Source: a plasmid. Taken from it: a DNA stretch of 64,000 nucleotides. The position numbers and the translations under genes are program-made. This document shows, piece after piece, positions 29,521-37,681 of the stretch. Location of the stretch: the sequence record NZ_CP072215.1; one strand, given 5' to 3'. Within the stretch, counting starts at the first letter, position 1. Each line of letters opens with the position of its first letter. Below the pieces are notes generated by a model, which saw only the letters and a list, made by a program, of their open reading frames with translations, made no database searches and was not told where the DNA came from.

Positions 29521-30030
29521 ATGGCTATAAGTATAAATGATAGACAATTGATTACACAATTTATTACTAATACTCAGAATTTGAATGTTAATTTACCTAC
29601 AAATGGTGGAGGGTGTGCTAATTTAGTTAGAGGAATTATAGAACAGGCAACAGGAAAAAGAATTTCAGTTAATCCTTTTGGAGCTTCTTTAGAAAGTATG
29701 ATACAAAAAATAAATACCTATCATGATTTAGCTAAATGTAATAATGGAGATATATTATATTTTGTGCATCTTCCTAATGCTGCTGTAAATTTACATCAAA
29801 CTATTCATTATGCAATTTTTTGTAATGTTAATAATGCTGGTGTACAGAAAAATGTTATTGGGATAAATGGATTAGCAGATCTTTCTTTTTCTCCCACAGC
29901 TTATCATGGTGTTGTAGCATCTGTAATATCTCCGGGTAATTTTAATGGAGTAGGGCAGGTGATATATGATACTGTAGCATTCCCTAATATTCTTGGTGAA
30001 TTGTATGTTATTGATTATGAATTGATATAG
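29521..30030 (+). CDS. Low-GC orphan protein (169 aa), possibly a Cys/His (papain/CHAP-like) hydrolase
   Basis: Coding sequence is about 30% GC against about 45% for its neighbours. Motifs GGGCANLVRG and TIHYAIF are weakly reminiscent of CHAP/NlpC-P60 Cys and His motifs. Confidence 0.45.
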   Translation: MAISINDRQLITQFITNTQNLNVNLPTNGGGCANLVRGIIEQATGKRISVNPFGASLESMIQKINTYHDLAKCNNGDILYFVHLPNAAVNLHQTIHYAIFCNVNNAGVQKNVIGINGLADLSFSPTAYHGVVASVISPGNFNGVGQVIYDTVAFPNILGELYVIDYELI

Positions 30031-30045
30031 GAATAAGTTTCTTCG

Positions 30046-30426
30046 TTATTTTATGGCGTACAGTAGTATAGAAATAGAAAAAAACTGAAAATTGAATAGT
30101 AAATTTGTTTGCTCCATGTTACGTTTATTACCGCTTGTAATCGGGCTTTGCGCAGACTTTATGTCCTGAAGGCTTTTTAGTACCCCTTCCATTTGGAAGA
30201 TTTTGACAGCAGCGATGAAGGTGGTGGAGGATATATCCGGCTGGAGGCTTTTCAGTGTGTTCTCCGATGGCTGATATCCTCTCATCTTCAGTTCCAGAAT
30301 GGTATTGAAAAGTCATCATTTCGCATAGCCTTCATGAAAGCCTCCTCTTGTTCGTTGGCAATGTCCGGATTTGGATCGTATGCAGTTGCTTGCCGAACAA
30401 GAACAGACTTTTTATTAATGTAATAG
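30046..30426 (-). pseudogene. Detached 3-prime tail of a hipA-2-like gene, about 90% nucleotide identity to 32393-32702. Contains a 79-aa ORF (30046-30285) that starts at the Met equivalent to M469 of HipA-2.
   Basis: Direct nucleotide repeat. It begins 20 bp downstream of the hipA-1 stop and is out of frame with hipA-1. Confidence 0.7.
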
Positions 30427-30445
30427 TGTCGCTATTCGTCTGTTT

Positions 30446-31972
30446 TTATCTTCTAGCTAAAGGCAGTAACAACCGTTCCACAAGTTCTTTCTTGTTCTCA
30501 ACGGGCATCTTGTTTCTGCCTTTGGCAATGACTTCAGCAGCCAAATCGCTTTTACGCCCGGCAATGTATTTCTGTCGCTTTCCGTTTATGAAGGCCTCGA
30601 TACGGAAATCATGCCGGGTGTTTTCGATGATGTTGATTTCTGATACCAAAAAGCCATCCTCTGTCTCGTAGGGTTCGACAATGGTGGGCAGGTAGTGTTT
30701 CATGGTTTTCCCTATGATCGGAGATACCAAACCGGAAAGATGCTCTTCGATGCGGTCTTTCCAATAGTCATCGATTTGATGATTGGTGGCATAATCGTAA
30801 AAATGGCTGATGGCAAGGCTGACTTCTTCGATTATCCTTTTCGCATTCTTTATTCCGTTCTGTTTGGCAAATTGCATCAGGTCATCTTCCGTGATGTCGT
30901 TATCTTTTCCTGCAATGCTCATGGAGTGTGCGTTTTCGTATGCCGCACCGTCCAAATTGGTGGTGAATGTCATGTCGTAGGCTGGGGTGATGTGCCATGT
31001 GCCGTTTCTTTCCATCAGGAAAGAGAAATTCTTGATGTGGTCATCCACATTGCCGCCCATGATATTGAATACCGTCCTACGGTAGAGTTCGGACTGTTCG
31101 CTTGCCGGGATGTTCAGTTTTCGGCAGACTTCAAACAAATCCTCATAGCTCGTTGCATCCGGATTCATGGCAGCAAGTGTCTGTGTATGTATCTTCTCTC
31201 CGTTTATCCTATCGTAACGCTCCGTCAGGAAGTGATGTTTTCCCTCAATTTGAATGAGTCGGGAAGGCATCATCGTAATCCCGGCTTCCTTTGCCATCTC
31301 ATAATATACCATTTCCATTTGCGTGAACGGAAAATCGTCCCCTTCTGCAAACTTCAATATGTAGTAGGTATAGCCCTCCGGTAAAGGGACTTGGCCGGAA
31401 CGTATATCATGTGTCGTTTCATTGATGGCGATGATGGCTTTCGGGTGCTGCCCTCCGGCTGATGTACCTATCTCATAGATACTTTGCAGTTGCAGTGCTT
31501 CGTCATCTTGCACGGATATTTCCTCCCGTTCCTCAAAGATACGGCGTGCCAGTTGGTATAAACTCTCTATCTGGAGAGTGGAAGAGGATTCCAATCCAGG
31601 AGTGGCCGGGATGAACTCAAAGGCTCCCATTCCCCGTTTCCCGATGAAAGACAGTTTATCTACCGGTGTGAGTTTGCGCTTGGGGATATGGTTTTGTGCC
31701 GCCCATTGGTCGAAGACCATGTTACCCCACCGATCAGGCAATGAATCTGCCAAAAACGGTGGGAGACCTTGATAAGTCTTTTCTTTGTTTCCGAGTATGG
31801 GCATACCCTTTGCCGCCGGTCCTTTGACAGAAGCGGTCAGTGGGGCGATTTCCACTCCTTTCTTGATGAAATCCGGATGATAGTTGAAGACGGCTCTTTT
31901 GTTTCTTTCGTCCCAATAGAGCTTTCCGACTTCTTCTCCCCATAACATAACACTCACAACATTATTTTCCAT
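30446..31972 (-). CDS. hipA: HipA-family serine/threonine kinase toxin (module 1)
   Basis: HipA N-terminal domain (VMLWGEEVGKLYWD...FNY) and the catalytic loop VFNIMGGNVDDHIKNFSFLM (compare E. coli VFNLLIGNTDAHAKNFS). 508 aa. Confidence 0.85.
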   Translation of the reverse strand: MENNVVSVMLWGEEVGKLYWDERNKRAVFNYHPDFIKKGVEIAPLTASVKGPAAKGMPILGNKEKTYQGLPPFLADSLPDRWGNMVFDQWAAQNHIPKRKLTPVDKLSFIGKRGMGAFEFIPATPGLESSSTLQIESLYQLARRIFEEREEISVQDDEALQLQSIYEIGTSAGGQHPKAIIAINETTHDIRSGQVPLPEGYTYYILKFAEGDDFPFTQMEMVYYEMAKEAGITMMPSRLIQIEGKHHFLTERYDRINGEKIHTQTLAAMNPDATSYEDLFEVCRKLNIPASEQSELYRRTVFNIMGGNVDDHIKNFSFLMERNGTWHITPAYDMTFTTNLDGAAYENAHSMSIAGKDNDITEDDLMQFAKQNGIKNAKRIIEEVSLAISHFYDYATNHQIDDYWKDRIEEHLSGLVSPIIGKTMKHYLPTIVEPYETEDGFLVSEINIIENTRHDFRIEAFINGKRQKYIAGRKSDLAAEVIAKGRNKMPVENKKELVERLLLPLARR

Positions 31973-32282
31973 GTCTTATCCTTTTCGGCTTTTTATTCAT
32001 TATTCGTTCCATTGTATAGGCTGAAACAGGTATTTCCGGCATCAGATCATCCATCTGTTCCAGACAGTCCACTACTCGTAACAGGGCAAGAAAGTTGCCC
32101 ATATTGATGTTATAGGCCTTCCCGTTCTCAAACTGGCGTAAGGTGATAAGGCTGACACCGGCTTTCTCGGCAGCCTCTTTTTGGGTGAGCCTATAGGTTA
32201 GCCTGTATTCCTTAAATCGTCTGCCCAGTTCCACTATGATTTCCGGATTGGCCATGGCTTGGGTGATGTGATTCGTTGTCAT
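31962..32282 (-). CDS. hipB: HipB-like XRE-family HTH antitoxin (module 1)
   Basis: HTH LTQKEAAEKAGVSLITLRQFENGK. 11-bp overlap with hipA-1. A 16-bp perfect palindrome (32294-32309 and 32326-32341) lies upstream as a candidate operator. Confidence 0.8.
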   Translation of the reverse strand: MTTNHITQAMANPEIIVELGRRFKEYRLTYRLTQKEAAEKAGVSLITLRQFENGKAYNINMGNFLALLRVVDCLEQMDDLMPEIPVSAYTMERIMNKKPKRIRHGK

Positions 32283-32381
32283 TTTACAAAGGTAAATATA
32301 TTAATTGTTAAATCAAAATATGATATATAACAATTAATATATTTACTGTTATATTGAATTGTGCGCGATGTAGTTTGTGTG

Positions 32382-33971
32382 CTAATCCCCCAATTCCATG
32401 CTACGTTTATTGCCGCCTGTAATCGGGCTTTGCGCGGGTTTTATGTCCTGAAGGCTTTTTAGCATCCCTTCCATTTGGAAGATTTTGGCGGCAGCGATGA
32501 AGGTGGTGGCGGATACATCCGGCTGGAGGCTTTTCAGTGTGTTCTCCGATGGCTGATATCCTCTCATCTTCAGTTTCAGAATGGTATTGAAGTCATCATT
32601 TCGCATAGCCTTCATGAAAGCCTGCTCTTGTTCGTTGGCAATGTCCGGCATATGGATCGTATGCAGTTGCTTGCCGAACAAGAGCAGGTTTTCTCCGATA
32701 AAATCGGCGTGTTCCGGCTTGACCCCGCAATCCTTGGCAGTCTCATGCCAATGCGATACGGTTTCCTGTATCTCTTCGATAATCTGTTTGTGTTTCCGGA
32801 TACCCATGTTCTCACCTACCTTTTGCAGATCTTCCATCGTGAAATTGTCTTGTTTGCCGTTGAGTGACAGCTGGTGGCGGTTCGTCCATTTGCCGCCCGG
32901 TGTGTATGAGTAGCAGAGGTCGTATGCTGGGGCCAGTTTCCACTTCCCTTGTCTATCCATCAGGAAAGATAAGTTCTTGCTATGGTCGTCATGGTTCCGG
33001 CTCATGACGTTGAACACCATTCTTCGGTATAGTTCCTCCTGCTCTGGATAAGGGAGGTTCATCTGCCGCATGATACGGAATATCTCTTCGTATGAATGGC
33101 GTTGGTCACGGTCATAGTGGGCAAGCCCGGCCAATGTCTGTACATGGATCTTCTCTCCGTCTTCCATACGGTCAAAACGTCGTGTCATAAAGTGATATGA
33201 CTCTTTTTCCTGAAGTAACCGGCATTCCATCATATCGATACCGCAGGCTTTTGCCATCCGGTGATAGGCATATTCGATATTTCCTATTCCTTGTGGATTG
33301 TCCGTTATCTGCGTGTGTTCGCTGTATTTGCCGCCATCAAATTTCAACAGCCAATACCCGAATCCTTCAGGAGCTTTTACCTGTCCGGAGCGTACCTCTC
33401 CGGTAATATCGTTGTAGGCGATGATGGCCTTGGGCTTGGCACCTCCGGCAGATGTTCCCACTTTCAGTATATCCAGAATGTTTCTTCCTTCCTGGCGCAG
33501 TTGGACCTGAAAAGCCATTCTGTCCGTGAATACGGATTTGGCAAGCTCAGTCAGTTCCTCGATATGGAGCACTGATGATTCGTTCATGCCGTTGATTGGC
33601 GAGGACGGCTCAAACTCCAGTGCGCCCATGCCACGTTTGCCTACATAGCAAAGCCTGTCTAAAGGGGTAATCTCTTCTCCGGACAATCCCTTGCTGGCAA
33701 ACCATTCATTGATGATCTGGTTTCCGAAAGTGTCCGGCAGTGAATCGGCAAACAGGCCGGGCAACCCCTTGAAACAGTCGGTACGGTTTTCAAGGAACCG
33801 GTAGGGGGTGTTCCTGTACTGGCTGATGGGCATGATGATGGGAGAAATGTCAAGACCGGAGCGGATGAACTTCCGTTCATAGTCGAACAAGGCGGCATTG
33901 CTTTCCTTTTCCCAATAGAGAGAGCCTACGCTTTCTCCCCATAGCTTTACATCTACTATCAAATCATTCAT
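32382..33971 (-). CDS. hipA: HipA-family serine/threonine kinase toxin (module 2) with a ~100-aa C-terminal extension
   Basis: Catalytic loop VFNVMSRNHDDHSKNLSFLM. About 45-50% identical to HipA-1 by eye. 529 aa. Confidence 0.85.
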   Translation of the reverse strand: MNDLIVDVKLWGESVGSLYWEKESNAALFDYERKFIRSGLDISPIIMPISQYRNTPYRFLENRTDCFKGLPGLFADSLPDTFGNQIINEWFASKGLSGEEITPLDRLCYVGKRGMGALEFEPSSPINGMNESSVLHIEELTELAKSVFTDRMAFQVQLRQEGRNILDILKVGTSAGGAKPKAIIAYNDITGEVRSGQVKAPEGFGYWLLKFDGGKYSEHTQITDNPQGIGNIEYAYHRMAKACGIDMMECRLLQEKESYHFMTRRFDRMEDGEKIHVQTLAGLAHYDRDQRHSYEEIFRIMRQMNLPYPEQEELYRRMVFNVMSRNHDDHSKNLSFLMDRQGKWKLAPAYDLCYSYTPGGKWTNRHQLSLNGKQDNFTMEDLQKVGENMGIRKHKQIIEEIQETVSHWHETAKDCGVKPEHADFIGENLLLFGKQLHTIHMPDIANEQEQAFMKAMRNDDFNTILKLKMRGYQPSENTLKSLQPDVSATTFIAAAKIFQMEGMLKSLQDIKPAQSPITGGNKRSMELGD

Positions 33972-34278
33972 GGTTATCTTGTTTTAAATGGCGTACACGG
34001 TAGCGTTTCTTTCCTTGCAGTTTTTTGAGCTCTATCGGGCTGACCCGGATTTCCGGTACCAGTTGCTCCAGGTTCTCCAGCAGGCCGAGCGAGCGGAGTA
34101 CGCTGATGAACAACAGCAGCGATACCGATTTGCCCTTCTCGATGTTCGCAACGGTCAAGGGGCTTACACCGGAAGCCGTTGCCAGTTCTTCCTGCGTGAT
34201 ATGCTGCCTGATACGTGTCTCTTTGATGCGCTGGCCGATTCTCATCAGCACAGCTGGATTGCTCATTTCATTCCACAT
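33964..34278 (-). CDS. hipB: HipB-like XRE-family HTH antitoxin (module 2); start taken at MWNEMSN rather than the upstream Met
   Basis: HTH ITQEELATASGVSPLTVANIEKGK. 8-bp overlap with hipA-2. A 12-bp palindrome (34321-34332 and 34346-34357) lies upstream. Confidence 0.8.
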   Translation of the reverse strand: MWNEMSNPAVLMRIGQRIKETRIRQHITQEELATASGVSPLTVANIEKGKSVSLLLFISVLRSLGLLENLEQLVPEIRVSPIELKKLQGKKRYRVRHLKQDNHE

Positions 34279-34439
34279 GGTTGTTCCTTTTTTGCAAATA
34301 TACAAATAATCCATGTAAATATATAGATTAACTTGAATATATGATGTTAATCTATATGAATACAATGATTATAGTTGCTTTATCGGCTGTTTTTTTCTTT
34401 GAACTAGGATGAAAACTGACTAAAATCACAATGTGTTGT

Positions 34440-34605
34440 GAATATGAAAGAGCTAGGAAAGATGATTAAAGAGTGCAGGAAGAGTTTGAAGGTCAATCAG
34501 CTGGAACTTCTCCGAACTGGCGGGCGTGGGCATCAATACGCTGGTGGCCATCGAGCGTGGAGAAGGCAATCCTAAATTGGCTACTGCTTTCCATTGGAGT
34601 TGATT
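34440..34605 (+). pseudogene. Small XRE-family HTH gene inactivated by a 1-bp frameshift
   Basis: MKELGKMIKECRKSLKVNQLELL then shifts frame. Removing one c at about 34512 restores ...QLELSELAGVGINTLVAIERGEGNPKLA. Confidence 0.55.
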
Positions 34606-34729
34606 AAAGTGCGGAAAAATGTATAAGATTGCTTCTATTATCTGTTTATTTTAGTATATTTGTGCTTTAAATAAGTGCGGATAAATGTATTATACGCTGT
34701 TTTTACATGTATAAAAATGCTGTTTGTAG

Positions 34730-36010
34730 ATGAAAAGATTTGTTTTGCAACAACTTATAGAATGGAAAAACCGTGAGGATAGAAAACCTCTGATTTTAAA
34801 TGGTGCCCGACAAGTTGGGAAAACATGGCTGCTCCATGAGTTTGCCAAACTTGAATACAAAAAAGAGGCTTATGTGGTATGCCGTAAGAATAACCTTGCA
34901 CGCCAGCTTTTTTCTCAGGATTTCAATGTTGACAGAATTTTACGGGGGCTGCGTGCGATGACTTCCGTTGACATTACTCCGGGTGATACGCTTATTATCC
35001 TTGATGAGATACAAGATATCCCGGAAGCACTGGAATCTTTGAAGTATTTTAAAGAGGAGGTTCCGGAGTATCATATAGCTGTGGCAGGTTCACTTTTGGG
35101 GATATCCCTTCATCAGGATGTGTCTTATCCCGTAGGGAAGGTAAATGTCATCAATATATTTCCTATGAACTTTGAAGAGTTTCTTGTCGCCAAGGGAGAA
35201 GAAGAAGCTTGTAAATTGCTTATGAGTGGGGATTTTGAAACGATAAGCCTCCTGCATGACAAATATACGGATCTCCTTCGGCAATATTATTATGTAGGTG
35301 GTATGCCGGAAGTTGTACTCAAATATGTAGAAACGGATTCCTTGCTGGAAGTCAGAAGAATACAGTCGGAGATTTTGCAAGGCTATGATCTTGACTTCTC
35401 AAAACATGCGCCCAAAGAACAGGTTCCGCGTGTCCGAATGGTATGGAACAGCATTCCTTCCCAATTATTTAAAGAAAACAAGAAATTCATTTACGGAGCT
35501 TTGCGAAAAGGTGCCAGAGCCAATGATTTTGAGATGGCCATTCAATGGCTTGTAAATGCCGGGTTGTTGTATAAAGTGCCTCGATGTACCAAACCGGAGC
35601 TTCCGCTTGATATTTATGAAGACCTGTCGGCTTTCAAACTCTATATGGTTGATTTGGGGCTTATGGGTGCTATGGTCAAGACAGATCCGGCCCAAGTCTT
35701 GATTAAAAACGACATATTTAAGGAATACAAGGGAGGAATGACTGAACAGTATGTATTGCAGCAGATGAAAAGTAAGGGCGTGTCACCGATTTATTACCAT
35801 AACACAGACAATTCGCGTCTTGAGTTGGATTTTGTTATTCAACGTAATGCCCAAATGGTGCCGATAGAAGTGAAGGCCGAAGGGAATGTCCGGGCCAATT
35901 CGTTGACAGCATTACTGGGAAAAAGACCGGAATTGCATGCGGAGAGATTTTCTATGTTGCCTTATAAAGTACAGGGTAATCTTACAAATTTTCCGCTATA
36001 TGCAATATAG
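34730..36010 (+). CDS. AAA+ ATPase with C-terminal DUF4143 domain
   Basis: Walker A GARQVGKTWLL, a Walker B-like IILDEIQ, and a conserved C-terminal domain. 426 aa. Confidence 0.8.
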   Translation: MKRFVLQQLIEWKNREDRKPLILNGARQVGKTWLLHEFAKLEYKKEAYVVCRKNNLARQLFSQDFNVDRILRGLRAMTSVDITPGDTLIILDEIQDIPEALESLKYFKEEVPEYHIAVAGSLLGISLHQDVSYPVGKVNVINIFPMNFEEFLVAKGEEEACKLLMSGDFETISLLHDKYTDLLRQYYYVGGMPEVVLKYVETDSLLEVRRIQSEILQGYDLDFSKHAPKEQVPRVRMVWNSIPSQLFKENKKFIYGALRKGARANDFEMAIQWLVNAGLLYKVPRCTKPELPLDIYEDLSAFKLYMVDLGLMGAMVKTDPAQVLIKNDIFKEYKGGMTEQYVLQQMKSKGVSPIYYHNTDNSRLELDFVIQRNAQMVPIEVKAEGNVRANSLTALLGKRPELHAERFSMLPYKVQGNLTNFPLYAI

Positions 36011-36315
36011 GTGTATCCTTTTCCCATGCCGGTCATACCGTTAGAACTGATTGATAAGTATGATGCGTATGTTGGCCGGTATGTCTATCTTTGTGGCAAT
36101 GAAAACAGAGAGAGGATTGATTTACGCCTTGTTTTCCGGGACGGAAAGGAGATTGGCACGGATGATCTGAATCTGTATTATAATTGATGTGACGGCTTGG
36201 ATGTCCCCCGGATGAATGTTCGGGGGATTCTTTTTCTTTTGGGCGTTCCTGTGGGACGGTCGGGCTTTACGTTTCAAGTCCTCGCCTAAAGGCTGTGGGC
36301 TTTACTCTGCAATCC

Positions 36316-37422
36316 CTAACGCATGGCTGAAAACTCTTCTTGCCGGTGTTCTTCTTCTTCATACAGCCTCATGCGTTCTTGTAATGCTTCTTTTAAATTG
36401 TCGCTTTTTTTCAGTCCGAGTTTGGCACGTATGTTCGCTCGTTGGCTGGTTATGTTTCCGCTACTCCGATGTAATAATTCGCATATTTGGCTGACGGTCT
36501 TGTCTTGCAGTATTAAACGGCAGATGTTTAATTCGGACGGGGATAAATTGGGATATATTCTCCTGATTGTATCAAGTTTACTTTTTTCCTTTTTCTGGTA
36601 TGCGGCAAGGGCTGTAAAAAGATTTTCTTTGGATTGTTCCCCTATTATGTTTAACAGGGAGCTTGTCTTTTCTTCCGGGTTATTCTCGCTTAACAACTCG
36701 GCGAACGCGAATAGTTCTTCCTTTTTCATTTGGAGACGTTTCAAAAGCATTTCCTCTTCCTCTTTTAGCAAGTTGCTACTTTTTAGCAAGCTGCTGATAT
36801 TACTGTGTAAGGATCTTCCTAATAAGGGGATCATGGTGTATATGATGATGATCAAAGGCAGATAACTGTATAGGAACGGTTCGTCGGTGATAAGTGTGCA
36901 GATTGTATAGGAAGCTATGGTAAGGGAGGACAATAGGATGGAGATATTACTCATATAGGCACAGATGGAAAGCATGGTAAATAAGAGAGAGATAGTAATG
37001 TTACTCATTATCAATGCTCTTTGATAACTATATTCATATCCGCTACATATTGAGCAATAAATTATTTCGATAAAAATCTCGATATGTATGGCTATCAGTA
37101 TAATGGAAAAGGTCGTGGTCAGATTTACTCTCTTTTTAAAATAAGCGAGAGTGCACATAATGATAAACAGGAATAATACGCTGTTAATATAATAAAACTG
37201 TTCATTGGGAAATGGAACTGAATATATGTATATGGGTGCGCATAAGACCAGCATGAGCAGGGATAGATGAAAGACTCGTTTTTGTTGATACGTTATTATC
37301 ATTTCTCTTTCTTTTTTGTCGTAAGTTTGAGTTTTTATTGAACTTAGAAAAGAGGCGGCTTTTGTGCTGATTTTCATGTGTTTTATTGTTTTAAGTGTTA
37401 TTAAGTATAATGTTTCCTGCAA
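36316..37422 (-). CDS. LuxR-family transcriptional regulator with a multi-TM N-terminal region
   Basis: C-terminal HTH LSPSELNICRLILQDKTVSQICELLHRSSGNITSQRANIRAKLGL is a LuxR/GerE motif. The N-terminal 220 aa are hydrophobic. Divergent from the fimbrial operon. Confidence 0.7.
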   Translation of the reverse strand: MQETLYLITLKTIKHMKISTKAASFLSSIKTQTYDKKEREMIITYQQKRVFHLSLLMLVLCAPIYIYSVPFPNEQFYYINSVLFLFIIMCTLAYFKKRVNLTTTFSIILIAIHIEIFIEIIYCSICSGYEYSYQRALIMSNITISLLFTMLSICAYMSNISILLSSLTIASYTICTLITDEPFLYSYLPLIIIIYTMIPLLGRSLHSNISSLLKSSNLLKEEEEMLLKRLQMKKEELFAFAELLSENNPEEKTSSLLNIIGEQSKENLFTALAAYQKKEKSKLDTIRRIYPNLSPSELNICRLILQDKTVSQICELLHRSSGNITSQRANIRAKLGLKKSDNLKEALQERMRLYEEEEHRQEEFSAMR

Positions 37423-37431
37423 AAATAACTG

Positions 37432-37448
37432 TTTTTTTTTTTTTTTTT
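37432..37448. repeat. Poly(T)17 homopolymer tract (A17 on the regulator's coding strand) within the first ~30 bp upstream of the LuxR-family gene start
   Basis: 17 consecutive T counted in the sequence. Confidence 0.9.
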
Positions 37449-37681
37449 GTATGTTTAAGTACTTTTCTTTATGATGTTAAGTGTTTTTAATTGTTGTGTA
37501 AGCGTGATTGGCTGCTGTGGTAAGTGTTGTAGCTGTTGTGTGGTTGTCTTTTTAAGTATTTATAAGTTTAAAATACTTGTTTTTTGCTTTGGAGGTTGGT
37601 TTATAAGTGCATATCTTTAGCGGTTGAAATTCAGGGGGTGTAAAAGCCTGGGTTTGGATTGTCATATTAACAAATGATTAA

